Positions 27,101 to 40,199 of a DNA stretch of 55,524 nt are shown in pieces (positions within the stretch are counted from its first letter, which is position 1; every line of letters begins with the position of its first letter). The DNA comes from Octopus sinensis (taxonomy: Eukaryota). The stretch is from assembly GCF_006345805.1 (NCBI RefSeq), contig NW_021833784.1:1-55524 (forward strand), given 5' to 3'. The position numbers were made by a program, and so were the translations under genes. The notes beneath the pieces are model-generated. The model was not told the DNA's origin. It saw only the letters and a list, made by a program, of their open reading frames with translations, and ran no database searches.

Positions 27101-27796
27101 GAATTACGTAATAGTCATAATATTCATAATTAGCAGATAGAATGTGCAGAAAGTCATGCATATGCAATCAGCTGATGGTCGCGTAGTAACAATACGGTAA
27201 TACCAGCTTCCTTCGTCTGGAGGGAAAATATAGTATATAAATGACGGGTAATATAACTTCGTTACAACCAGGTTAGGGTCTACATTGGCGTCGTTATTGC
27301 ATTCAATCGCCGCCACCGAGTTCACATGAATTCATTCTCATTTCGATCCTTTAAATTTTCTACTTTCCTGGTTACATGCATAACCCCAAGTCTCGAAATA
27401 TTCCCTAGAATTTATCCTGGTCTATAATCTGTGATGCTCCGATGTATAAAACTGATCTCCGAGTTTGGAAATTGTGTTCAAGGAAATCCCGCAATATTCG
27501 TTGCCACCACAACATCCTATTACTTAATAGGTTTATTGACGTAATCTTTTCATGTAAGCACAAATTTTATTCCTTGTTTGCTCATTACATAATCTCTATA
27601 ATTTCTCCTAATTACGATTAAACCCTAACTTATCAATTAGCTATGCTAGAAACATATCCCTCATCTGTTACTTTCTTTTTCTATCCCGAGCACCACTCCT
27701 AGCACCACTATCCATAATTCAGCGTGCCTTCCTCTGCCGCTATCCCATACTCGTTTCTCGAAAATCTTCCTTGCTTCTTCCTGTGTGTATATATGC

Positions 27797-28000
27797 TTGT
27801 GTGTCTGTGCCCCACCCCCACAACATCGCTTGACAACCGATGCTGGTGCGTTTACGTCCCCGTAACTTAGCGGTTCGGCAAAAGAGACCGATAGAATAAA
27901 TACTAGGCTTACAAAGTATAATTCTTGGTGTCGATTTGCTCGACTAAAGGCGGTGCTCAAGCATGGCCACAGTCACATGACTGAAACAATTAAAAGAGTA
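27797..28000 (+). mobile_element. SINE family A, 3' half
   Basis: Matches 13476-13675. Confidence 0.9.
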
Positions 28001-28577
28001 ATTAATTTCAGTGATTCGTAGTTTATTGCATGTTAAATTTTTACGACACACCATAACTTCCCAACGATCCGCTGCATAGAAATATTGAAATTTTGACTTC
28101 ATTAATAAGTTCTAAGACCAAAATATTTTCCGAAGCTGTCTCCTGTACTTTGAAAATCATTAAAATAATATTAGTCATCGCCCTAATATTATATTTTTCT
28201 CACCTCATAAGTATTTCTAATTAGTTATTTATTGTGCAATACATTAAATATGCTAACAATTAATTATTTTGCTTCATGCGCATGGCGTCTCCATGCAATT
28301 ATTTTCTGTGATTTGTCAGTTGTTCGATCTCGGTTGTTCGATTTTGCCTATGATTGAGGAGACAGTAACGAGGAAAAGATACTTGATGCCGTTAAGTGTC
28401 GAGATGAATCTATCCTCTTTAACAGTTTCAGCTCGGAAACCGTGGCCATGAAGGGGCATCGCCGTTAGCTTCCCTTCAACTATTTGGAAAGGGTGTCTGA
28501 TGCTTCTACTCTCATCTGAATTTCCGCCGCTAGGTTGGTTTAACTGTACGAACTTCTATGAATAATCTCCACTTTAA

Positions 28578-29000
28578 TATAATAATAATAATAATAATAT
28601 AATAATATAATAATATAATAATAATAATAATAATAATAATTGTGTACAGTGCTCAGGTGCACTACAACATCTAAAGTGATATATAATCAGGTGTAGTTTC
28701 GGCGGATTTCGGAAAGCATGAGGGCCTTAAAGGATGCAGTGTCATGGCAGTCAACAAGACGCAGGCAGTTTATTCCATGCTTCAGCAACTCTGAGCGTGA
28801 AAAAATGTTTCCGAAAGTCATGGGAGCTGTGTTGTTTTCTGACTTTGTAGGCATGTCCACGTGTGTTAGACACATGGAGATCAAAATGGTGTTCAGTGTT
28901 GTTGTTGGTGAGGTGGTTGATAACTTTGTGGGTGTTTACCAAGTCCGTCGCCAGACGCCGGAGCTTCAGTGAATCCATGCCCAGGGAAACAAGGCATTAA
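28578..29000 (-). mobile_element. 5'-truncated CR1/L2-type LINE 3' end with (TTA)n tail
   Basis: ORF 28751-28978 SLKLRRLATDL..TRGHAYKV..RKHFFTLRVAEAWNKLP is the typical CR1-group ORF2 C-terminus; tail at 28578-28641. Confidence 0.88.
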
Positions 29001-29159
29001 TTACCTGCTCATTTTTTAATATCACTGCAAATGTGTACCTTATTCTATTACACATAGTTGTTTTATCAAATCTCGAATAAACCAAGAAAATAATGCACAA
29101 GAGGCGTAACAAAATACTTTAAGAATTAAACAAGCACTCTTTTATCTTTGTTTCAAGCA

Positions 29160-29767
29160 AGAACGAGAAGAAAATAGTGAACGCTGGAAGAAATATTTTC
29201 TTTCAAAAGAAGGAAGGTAGAAGAGAGAGAAAGAAAAACTTCCAGTCCTTAGAACATCGTGCAGCAAAAGAAAGATGGTCAGATGAGAAAAAAAAGATGG
29301 ACGATGGTCACGAGTGAGCAACGAGAGAGAGAGGGAACAGAGAAAGAAGGGGAGAGAGAGAGACAAACAGAAAACGTTGAAGGGGAGAAAAAGGGAATTA
29401 GAGAAGGATTAGAGATTTAGAAAAGGATTTATTGTTTATATTATTATTTAATTGAACGTCACGCATCCATTTCCAACTAAGTTGATGTTTACCGTTCTTA
29501 TGCGACTCTACTCTATACTGTCTTCTCACCATCCATCTCTAATTCCCTCTGCTTCCCTTCAACGTTTTCTATATATCTATATCTCCCCTCTTTTCCTTTC
29601 TCTCGTTGCTAACACGCGACCATCGTCCATCTTTTTTTCAACACGTGATCATCTTTCTTTTCCTGCACGACGTTCTAAGGACTGGACGTTTTTCTTTCTC
29701 CCTCTTCTATCTTTTCTCTTTTGAAAGAAAATATTTCTCCCAGCGTTCACTATTTTCCTCTCGTTCT
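29160..29767. repeat. Long inverted repeat (arms 29160-29407 and 29533-29767)
   Basis: Arms are diverged reverse complements, e.g. AAAATAGTGAACGCTGG / CCAGCGTTCACTATTTT and TCCAGTCCTTAGAAC / GTTCTAAGGACTGGA. Confidence 0.92.
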
Positions 29768-30075
29768 GGTCTAACAGAACTCCATGTTTGTTGTTGTTCG
29801 GGTTCCTTGTATGTCTCAACTGTCCTGTTTTTGTCTCAAATTTGATCCTCCATAAATCCCAAATTTTATTTTGGAATTTATAGGAGCAACTGTCTTCGAA
29901 GACTCATATCATCGTTGACTACGCGAAATGAGGAATAGATACCAGCAACTGATGAAGGGTAGTTCTCTGTGTTACTTGTCCTGTTTTCCATTTTTCTCTT
30001 GTTCTTTACGTATATACCGCGTTTGTTTTCGTACTTCATGTTGCTTACACAGTTGATGACGTCCTGTACCCATAA

Positions 30076-30139
<64 letters not shown>

Positions 30140-30172
30140 CGCGTACACACGCACACATACGTGCATACATAC

Positions 30173-30225
<53 letters not shown>

Positions 30226-30333
30226 TATGTATGTATGTATATATATACGGATATATATATATATATGAATTTTTGCATAATGAGATAAAAAAGACCAAGG
30301 CTGTATAGATATTAGAGCATTTATAGATAGAAG

Positions 30334-30388
30334 GTCTTACAGCTGTTTCTAGAATATTAATTAATAATAATATCCCTTCATCGGAGAC
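30334..30388 (-). ncRNA. Minimal type I hammerhead ribozyme-like motif (PLE-associated)
   Basis: Minus strand GTCT-CCGATGA-AGGGATATTA..TAATATTCTA-GAAA-CAGCTG-TA-AGAC: stem I GTCT/AGAC, core with U4C change, stem II, GAAA, palindromic stem III. Confidence 0.7.
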
Positions 30389-30864
30389 GGTGTGAGAGGA
30401 AAAATTAAGTTATAGTTAGTTTCGATGTGATGCAAAATAGAGAGTGAGGTGGAGGAAAGAAAATAGATGTAAGATATGTATGGGTATTGAGTTCATAAAT
30501 CCGTATTATAGGCATAATGGTATATATGTGTATTATTCCAGTACTGTTTGAGTAAAATCCAAAAGTCCAACAGAGTTTAATATGAGTCCATCCAAATGTA
30601 AAGTTTATAAGCAATGTAAGATTCTCTAAAAGCTGGTCATTCCCAGTAGGGAATTTATATAGAGTGTAGTAGATTCAAGGTTTGTATTTAAATAGTTTAA
30701 TATTATCGAACGATGAACTACTGGGAAATGATTGGAAATTCAAGTTTAATACAATACAAAAATTACTGATGAAAATAGGCCCTTTATTGAAGGCCTATTG
30801 AAGAATACCTAGCGGAAGATTTTATTATGTAACGTTTTATAATATAATGTTAATGATTTTTCGG

Positions 30865-31008
30865 AGTTAAAATCCCAGGAAAGTTGACTTTCTCTTTTAT
30901 CTTTTCGTAGGTCGATGAAATACACACCGATTGACCCCCGGGGTTCAACGTAATCGACTTACTTACTCCCGCGAAATTGTTGCCCTTTTGCCGAAAATTG
31001 AAATCAAT
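30865..31008 (+). mobile_element. Degenerate SINE family B
   Basis: GGAGTTAAAATCCC..GTTGACTTT..TTTTATCTTTTCGTAGGTCGATGAAA. Confidence 0.65.
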
Positions 31009-31067
31009 ATAATGTAAATGACGAAAAGAGAATTAAAAATGTAAGACTATAAATATATACTTGCATT

Positions 31068-31220
31068 GTGGCTGTGTGGTAAGTAGCTTGCTTACAATCC
31101 ACATGGTTCCGGGTTCATTCCCACTGCGTGGCACCTTGGGCAAGTGTCTTCTACTATAGCCTCGGGCCGACCAAAGCCTTGTGAGTGGATTTGGTAAACG
31201 AAATCTGAAAGAAGCCATTC

Positions 31221-31276
<56 letters not shown>

Positions 31277-31525
31277 TATATACACAAATATATATATGTG
31301 TGTGTATATGTTTGTGTGCCTGGGTGGCCCCTCCAACACCGCTTGACAACTGATGCTGGTGTGCTTACGTCTCCGTAACTTAGCGGTTCGGCCCTAAGAG
31401 ACCGATAGAATAAGTACTAGGCTTCCAAAGAATAAGTCCTGGGTTCGATTTGCTCGACTAAAAGCAGTGCTCCTGCATGGTCGCAGTCGAATGACCGAAA
31501 CAAGTAAAAGAGTAAAAAGAGTAAG
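31068..31525 (+). mobile_element. SINE family A, full length
   Basis: Head, (TA)n and tail; reference copy for the family. Confidence 0.93.
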
Positions 31526-33071
31526 AGCTGTGCACACACGCACAGGTGCACACACACATGCGCGCACATACTTATGCTTGTCTGTGTGTGTGTGTGTTTA
31601 TACCTGAACACACCTGTATCTGAATGATGCTTGTATGGACGCGTGTGTAATTGCGTGTGCGTGTGTGTGTGTGTGTGTGTTGTGTGTGTGTGTTGTGTGT
31701 GTGTATGTGTGCATTTAATTTTGTATGTCCTTACTCAGGATATGGGAATCAATTCGCAGCGCGTTCTAATTTATTCAGCTGCGAAACGGATCGTCGCAGT
31801 AAACAGCTGGTTCCCAGATATATTCGAAAATGAAAAACATGCGGGGCAAATGTTTTACATAGTAGTCGCCAAACACTTCATAAATGCACACACACGTACA
31901 CAAACACACACACAAAACACACACACACACACACGTACACACTCACACACGTATATACACACACGCATGTGCAGATTCCTGCATACACATATATATATAT
32001 ATGTGATTGTGTTTGTGTGTTCATTTCCATTTGCAGATTGCAGGTGTTAAATTTAGACGACACCACGAACACTTACAATTGTAAAGTGTGTTTTCCTTTC
32101 GGTCTATTATTTCCTTTCAATGTGTTTTTATGCAATACTTATCCGTCACAGACTTCAGATTCTCTCCTTATTCTCGTTATTCGCTTTCACTATTTTTATA
32201 AATATTTTTATTCCATTTCTTATTATCTAATGATGTAAGAGTTCGCTTGATTAAAAAGCTATTTTAAGTACTTCTATTACAGTTAGGCGTGTGTGCATGT
32301 CTATATATGTGTGTGTGTTTGACTATACATAGACATATACATATGTGTGTGTGTGTGTTGTTTTTTTAGTCCGTTTAAAAACATAAGATTTTAAATTGCT
32401 TTCCATTCGGATCAGGCTTATGTAATATTTATTTAGCTGTCAGGTCTATATACAATTTATTGTCTTCCTTTAGCTTGGAGTCTGAGAAATTATATCTCCA
32501 GGTGTGTAGAAGTTTACATGGGCACACACACACACACATACACACACACACGCACACGCAAACATAAACAGACATACACATGTATAAATATATATACTTC
32601 TTTTGCTTCAGTAGAAAGAATCGACCCAATACTTATTTTTCTTGGACACAGACACAAAAACACACATTTATATATACACACGGTTTTCATGTATGTATGT
32701 ATGTATGTACGTATGTATGTATCTATGTATGTATGTATGTATGTGTGTATGTATGTATATATGTATATATGTATACTGTCTGTATATATATGTCTGTATA
32801 TATATGTTATATATATATGTATATATATATATGTATATATATAGTGGTGTATATATATATATGTATATATAGATATATTATATATATATATATATATATT
32901 ATATTATATATATATAATATATTAGATATTAATATTGTTATTATTATCGAAGGCAATGGAAATAGTTGATACTAACAACGACATTTGTAGAGATGGTTGA
33001 AGCCCTAAATCGGCGTCCTATAGCCATAGAATTGAAATTATATTAATCATAAAGACACGTTAAAGTGTTAC

Positions 33072-33076
33072 CATAT

Positions 33077-33115
<39 letters not shown>

Positions 33116-33487
33116 ATATATCATATAATATATATATATAGACATAATAATTTATAGATATATATATATATTATAAATATGATAACGTATATATATCTAT
33201 ATATATATATATAACATAATATATATATTTACATATATATATTAATTTTTATATATATTATATATAGATATATAACAGATTATATATATATAGACATTAT
33301 ATATATATTATATACATATTATATATATATACATATTATTATATATATATATATATATATTACAATTATATATATATATACATATTATATATATATATAT
33401 ATATGTATATATCTATATATTATATATATATATATAGATATATATATATATATATATATAATATTATATAAATATATATATATATAA
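33072..33487. repeat. Long imperfect (TA)n tract
   Basis: Direct reading; similar tracts at about 7165-7310, 13320-13443, 13678-13772 and 39002-39248. Confidence 0.95.
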
Positions 33488-33828
33488 TGGGCTTCTTTCG
33501 GATTCCGCTAAGAAATTCACTATCAAAGTTTAGTTAGCCTGAGGATAAAGTACAAGGCACTCACCGAAGTTGTTATGCATAACCTTGTGTCTGTGTGTGC
33601 GTGTCTGTGCGTGTGTGTCTGTGTGTGTGTATGTGACAAATTCTCCGAGACTGGAAGAAACCAAGAGAGAGCTGACAAGGGCAATCGTAAACAACTGACA
33701 GTGTGTTCAGCTCTGAAAGCAGCAATTACATTAAGATTCATTAGTTTTAGTAAGGAAACAGAGAAAGGTTTAGTCAGGAATTGATAGAGAATTCTAGTGT
33801 AGAGTGAATGATGGTTTGTAATCTAGAA

Positions 33829-34088
33829 CAGTGCTTTTCAAACTATCTGATGCGGGGTACCGGCAGTTTTTCTCTCCAATATGCCAAAGAGCGGTAATAT
33901 TTCTTTGTAATATTAATTTATACCGGAAACAATATATATAATGAATATAATAAAAGTTGACAATGTTTTTTATCTTATATTTGTTTAGTAAACAAATAAT
34001 ACATTATTGCAGAAGCATTTTATAACATTTTATAATGTTTCTTTCTTTTCTGGAAACTCGCCGCGGGCCACGACCTTGAGTATCACTG
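33829..34088. mobile_element. hAT (Charlie-like) MITE
   Basis: Ends CAGTGCTTTTCAA / TTGAGTATCACTG; 8-bp TSD ATCTAGAA / ATCTAGAT fits the NTCTAGAN target preference. Confidence 0.85.
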
Positions 34089-34149
34089 ATCTAGATGTTC
34101 TTAGAATAGGTATTACAACTGACGTGCAGGTAGGAAGACAAGACCCTGA

Positions 34150-35090
34150 CCGATTTTTGAACGCTAAGCCAAAATGTTGGGTTTTCAGCGTCAGGGCGCG
34201 TGCCCTCATGCATAGGGGAGCGAAAACCTTTTGATGGTCCCTGATGGGAGAGGTGCAATGCAGCAACATGGACACAATATGGTGTTTCACAGATTGGGAG
34301 AGATACGTGATATTCGATTGTACACGGATGTGTGCGGCTTTTCAGTGGCTCTTCGCCTTACTGTTTCAGACGGATGGTGGACCGAAGATGGGATGGATTT
34401 TACTACCAATCTCGACGGCCTACAACCGCTCTAGACTGGGAATGCATTGTCCTGCGAAAGGTTGACAACAACTGAGGAAATATGGACAGCGATGGTTGAC
34501 TGTACGAACTAGCAGACGACGGGGCTGAATGTTTTGCGCTGTTAACACTTGTCTGGGTGACTCTTGGCAGATGTCTACTGCAACTTGTAGCACAGCGTTA
34601 ATATTCCCACTCCTGTGAGAAAATGTGTTTGTACTACCGAGAAAGGATCTGAACAAGGAAGAGTTAAAATATTTTAGGCCCGTAATTCTGCTAAATACAC
34701 AGTTGAAGACTTTGGCCCATGTTTCATCTAAGAGGTTGGCACTTGTGGATACAGTAATCGGCGAAGAACAGGCATGTGTCATACCAGACTGATCTAATCG
34801 AGACAATCTTCACTTCATTTGTAGACGATAGAAGGGGTTGATATATTACCTGGCATGGGTGAGGTCCTGATTAATTTAGATTAGTCGAAAGCTTCCGATA
34901 GTGTCGACCATATTTACTGTCCTGAAGGCGGCTGGTTTCGTATCCATATTCACAAGCAATGTACAGTGACATCTGCTCGGTGGTTAGGGTAAATGGTTTT
35001 ACGTCAAAATCGTCCAGTATCATGCGGACAGTTCGTCAGGTGTGCTCCATCGCTCCCCTTCTGTACGTAACGAATCTAGAGCTATTACTT
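34150..35090 (+). pseudogene. Degraded Tx1/L1-clade reverse transcriptase fragment
   Basis: FRPVILLNTQLKTLA..KRL..IGEEQAC..DNLH, INLD*SKASDSVDH, VRVNG..TVRQVCSIAPLLY. Confidence 0.78.
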
Positions 35091-35328
35091 ACAATAGCGA
35101 AATAGGACAAGACTGAAATGACAGAAGACAGGCACTTACCTGTTCAGGTAAGGACACATCGACATTTTAGAATGCCATATTTGTTGTAGCTGTTGCTGCT
35201 GCTGTCAGCGTTTTTGTTGTGCAAATCATTAAAGCAGAGAATTCCCAGAACACCAGTGCAGTTTTACATTACATAAGTGTTACATACAAATAGAAAACAC
35301 AAAACACTTATACACACATGTATATTAA

Positions 35329-35827
35329 ATATGTCTACACGAACACCCGTCAGCACATGTGTATATAACGAGAATGAAAACAAACGATCAGCTACACAGT
35401 GCTATAGACGAAGACATAAGCACACGACCATAGAGATTATTTTGTATTAATTTGACTGTCTTGTTTTTGTCGTTACACTGCAGCCAAGATGTCGCATATC
35501 CTTAAATGGTTTAGTCGAGTAAACGGATTTCAGTAACGATTTCACTTTGCTATTTAGTAATTTACTATACTATATAGGCGCAGGAGTGGCTATGTAGTAA
35601 GTAGCTTGCTTGCCAACCACATGGTTCAGGGATCAGTCCCACTGCGTGCTATCTTGGGCAAGTGTCTTCTACTATAGCCTCGGGGCGACGAAAGCCTTGT
35701 GAGTAGATTTGGTAGACGGAAACGGAAAGAAGCACGTCGTATATATATATATAGCACTGTGTAGCTGATCGTTTGTTTTCATTCTCGTTATATACACATG
35801 TGCTGATGGGTGTTCGTGTAGACATAT
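35329..35827. repeat. 78-bp inverted duplication (35329-35406 and 35750-35827)
   Basis: Exact reverse complements apart from one mismatch. Confidence 0.95.
35576..35740 (+). mobile_element. SINE family A, 5' half (interrupted by a LINE)
   Basis: AGGCGCAGGAGTGGCT...GAAAGAAGCACGTCG followed by (TA)n. Confidence 0.9.
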
Positions 35828-35838
35828 ATATATATATA

Positions 35839-38800
35839 CCTGGAAAATATGAAGGCCGACCTAAGCCAGGAGATCCAGCGAGCCATCACCAACCATCTAT
35901 GCAAACCACAAGGACCACTCACCCATTACCAACTTCCCCTACCTCGACATTCCTGTTAAATGTACGTGGCATCAACCCATCAATTATTGCCCAAAATGGA
36001 AGATCCCATATATAGAGAGTTGGCTTGCCGCGAAATGGCACATTGCTTCCCTTTCTTTATCCTTACCGAGACCCACCTGAACAACACCCATATGGACGCA
36101 GAGGTGAAAATAAAAGATTTCCATTGTTCGTGCGGATCGCACAGACCGAAATAAGGGAGGGACAGCCATCTTTATCCATGACTCCTTTTCACTTGATGCC
36201 AAGGACACATTTTCCAATGGCTACTGTGAATCGGTATCAGTATACAACAAAGCCAAGGACATAACCATTGTTGGTCTTTACAGGCCTCCACAGGCACCTC
36301 AAAGTACTTTGAAGAGTGCCTTAGCAAGTAAAGTCAAGTCCTTCCTTCGGAAGTACCACTCCGGAAACATAATAGTGATGGGTGATTTTAACCTCCCTCA
36401 TGTGAACTGGCCCACAAATACTCCGAAGTTGGGCAAGTGCTCTACATCAGATAGGGCAGGCAGAACTGCTCTTTAATCTGATGGATGAGTATTTCCTGAC
36501 TCAGCTAGTGCTTGAACCAACGAGACAGAATAAAACGATCTGGATCTGGTACTGACCAATCACTCTAGCTACGTTCACAGCATTTCAGTCGAAAAAACTC
36601 TCCTCTCAGACCACGACATGGTACTCTGCAATCTTAATTCCCGACGTATAAACCAAACCAGCCAATCCCACTCCATGGCACCCATTGACAACATAAATTT
36701 CCACACAAAGCGGACTGTGGGGAACAATCAGAAAGGATCTGTCTTCCATCGACTGGTCTTTTACTCTCAATTCCCCTCATATTGAGACCGCGTGGCAGCA
36801 CTTTGAAACCATTGTCACCGACACATGCTCTAAACACGCTCCAAGAAATCTACTAACACAAACAGAAACGGCTCCCTAAAAAGAAAAAAAACACTCATCA
36901 GGCGCATCAAAAGACTCAACAAAAAAATCAACCAATAAAATATTCCCACACGCAACATCCACATTCAACAATAATGAAAAGACTAGAGCTGGAAAAACTT
37001 CATCTGCAGACTAACATGAAAACCTCCATTGAAAATCAAAGAGCTGTGGAGGAAACAATGGGTAATCAAAAACATCAAACAGACCCAAAAGTGTTCTATT
37101 CTTATGCAAATAAGCATAGAACCACTGTCTCACCTATTGGGCCATTGATTGATGAAAACGGCATTCCCCAACACGATGCTAAAGAAATGGCAGAAAACTG
37201 CAGAAACAATATTGCTCTGTCTTCAGTGTTCCCACTGATATTGTTGTGAGGGAAACGAACGAAGCTGACTCCACACAAAATCGCAGACATAACCTTCACT
37301 GCCACCGACATCGTAGCAGCAATAAATGAGGTCAAACATTACTCGCTGTAGGCCCTGATAGATTTCCCGCCAGTCTCCTGAAGGAATGTAGATATCAACT
37401 TGCAGTCCCTCTGATCAACCTCTGGAGAAACTCGTTAGACGCAGGTTATATACCGAAAAAGTTTCTATCCCAGTCGGTCATCCCGGTTTTCAAACAGGGA
37501 AACAGATCCCTCGCAGTCAACTATCGCCCAATCTCACTCACCTCCCACATCATTAAAGTGTTTAAAGAGTGTTAAGATCAAGGATAGCTGACTTCCTGAG
37601 ACACAAAACTCCTAAATTCAAATCAAATGGCTTTCGCTGTGGCAGGGACTGTCTAACACAGCTCTTACACCACATTGAAGATGTACTCAAAGCCTTGGGA
37701 ACAGGTTCGAACTCTGACGTCATATACCTTGACTTCAGTAAAGCGTTCGACAGGGTAGACCATAACATCCTACTCTCAAAATTGGCAAATGTTGGAATCC
37801 GTGGAAAAGTTCTACACTGGATTCAGTATTTCCTAGCGAATAGAACACAACATGTTGTAGTTGATGGAGTCCACTCAAACCCAGCAAAAGTCACCAGCGG
37901 TGTTCCCCAGGGAACTGTTTTTGGTCCGCTACTCTTCATAATTTATGTAAACGACCTTTCCAGTGTCGTACATCACTGCAAAGTGAAAATATTCGCTGAT
38001 GACACTAAGCTCCAGCAAATCGTCAATGAAGAAGCAGACCGAACTCAACTCCAGTCTGACCTATATGCTGTGAGTCAATGGGCAGACAGAACCAAATGCA
38101 ACTGAATGAGGGAAAATTTGAGCTGATGCATTTTGGAAGAAATTCCTCACTAAAGCAACCATACTCTCTTCCTTCAGGGGAACCGCTCACAGCCTCTAAC
38201 AATATCAGAGACCTGGGTGTAATTGTTGATGACGATCTCAGTTGGAGTGCACACATCAACAAGAAGGTCGATACAGCTCGTAGGATGAGTTCCTGGATCT
38301 TAAGAACTTTCCGGTCCAGAGAACAAGGTGTCATCATACACTTTTTTCATCCTTTGTACGGCCACACCTTGAATACTGCTGCCCACTGTGGTCTCCTCAC
38401 ACAAGACAAAACATCTCCAGAATTGAGTCACCCCAGAGGGCTCTCACTAAACAAATTGAAGGCATGGCTGCTCTCGACTATTGGGATCGCCTTAAAGCCT
38501 TGAAACTTACTCCTCCAGCGTCGCCGTGAGCGGTACATCCATTTGTACGATGTGGAAAAAATATACCGCCAACTTTGCCCAAACGACCTAAACATTAGCT
38601 TCAAGGTTCATCCGAGACTTGGACCACGGGCTATACGTCCCCTGCCAAATTCAAGATCACAACATACATGTACACTGCAACATAATTTCTTTTCCTCAAA
38701 CAGGCCTGCCCTATTTAACATTGTCCGAGGGAGATCAAAGAGGAAAAGGATCCCATCAACTTCAAACAGAGTCTGGATAGATTCCTTCAAAGAATACCAG

Positions 38801-39001
38801 ACAAGCCACCCATAATTGGACACAATCACCCAACAAGAACTCACTACTTGAACAAACTGGATACACTCACCCAACAAGAACTCACTACTTGAACAAAACT
38901 TGACTTAAACAGGATTCGAATAATCCTATCAGGTGGTGCTATAAGTTAGACATGGCCTGGACCAATCTCTGGTCGAAACATATCTAAGTTTTATCTAAGT
39001 T

Positions 39002-39003
<2 letters not shown>
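35839..39003 (+). mobile_element. CR1/L2-group LINE, near-complete ORF2 (APE endonuclease + RT), frameshifted
   Basis: APE motifs LNVRG, LTETHL, MGDFN, LDLVLTN, SDH; RT motifs YRPISLTS, YLDFSKAFDRV, SGVPQG, FADD (37992-38003); 3' end (ATCTAAGTTTT)2 running into (TA)n. Confidence 0.95.
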
Positions 39004-39038
<35 letters not shown>

Positions 39039-39259
39039 ATATATATTGTATATAGATATATATATATTATATATATGTATATATATTATATATATATATA
39101 TATATATTATATAAATATGTATGTATGTATATAATATATATAATATATATGAATATATATATATATTATATATATGTGTGTATATATATATATATATAAT
39201 ATATATATATAGACATATGTATGGTATGTATATATATATATTATATACATGTGTGTGTG

Positions 39260-39459
39260 TGTGTTTGCTCTCCACCATCGCTTGACAGCCGATGCTGGTG
39301 TGTTTACATCTCCGTAACTTACCGGTCCGGCTAAAGACACCTATAGAATAAGTACTACACTTGCAAAGAATAAGTCCTGGGGTCGATTTGTCCGACTGAA
39401 GGAGGGGGGCCCAGCATGGTTGCAGTCAAATGACGGAAGCAATTAAAAGGGTAAAAGAA
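39260..39459 (+). mobile_element. SINE family A, 3' half (continuation after the LINE)
   Basis: CATCGCTTGACAGCCGATGCTGG...GCAGTCAAATGAC. Confidence 0.88.
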
Positions 39460-40199
39460 CATTTATTCATTATATATTCAGCCATCATGTAACGGAGAAT
39501 AGAGGAATGTTAAGATGCACTTGACCGTAAAACAGGCCAAGTGTGGACCGTAAAACAGATTGAAGACGCTCAGACAGGCAGATACTAGCACATGCACGCA
39601 TACACACAGAGAGACATACGCATGCGCGTTCGTATATATTTGTGTGTGTGTAGGGGGGAATAGAATGAGTGTGTGCATGTGCGCGCTTGCATGCTTGTGG
39701 GTATGGAGACACATTGACACTAATCCATCGATGCAGGTTAAAAAATTTCGACCAGTCATTCCACGAAAAAGATGGCCGACATCTGTAAGGTCACACACAT
39801 TAAACGGAGATTCGTTATTTATTCGCTTGCTAGAAATACCGAACCTGGCTGACATGAGTCAACGATTACGTGGGTTTCAATACGTGGGTAACGTATTTAT
39901 TGATCAAGAACGACAGGGAAAGCAAAATCCACGACAACAACAACAATAACAAAAATCACAACAACAACATGGTTTGATTAAATTATTACCCTTTACATTG
40001 TTTTGTCTAATCTTTTTACGTTTATTCTCTCCTGCTGTTTCCAATTGTTTTTTTTTCTTGTTTGTTTTGTTTTAATTATATTTTACTTTCATTTGTTTTG
40101 TGATTTGGTATTTTTCTGTAGTATGATGCTTTTTTTTTGTTGTATGTTTTTTTCTGCTGTTGTTGCTTTTATTGTTGTTGTTGCTTTTTATTAATAGTT

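Noticed and set aside
29918-29965. Type II hammerhead (GAAA before CTGATGA)
   Set aside because: Only ~20 nt lie between the motifs, too short to form stems III and I
35135-35152. Back-to-back splice donors CTTACCTG-TT-CAGGTAAG
   Set aside because: No supportable exon or ORF on either strand; an 8-bp inverted repeat can arise by chance
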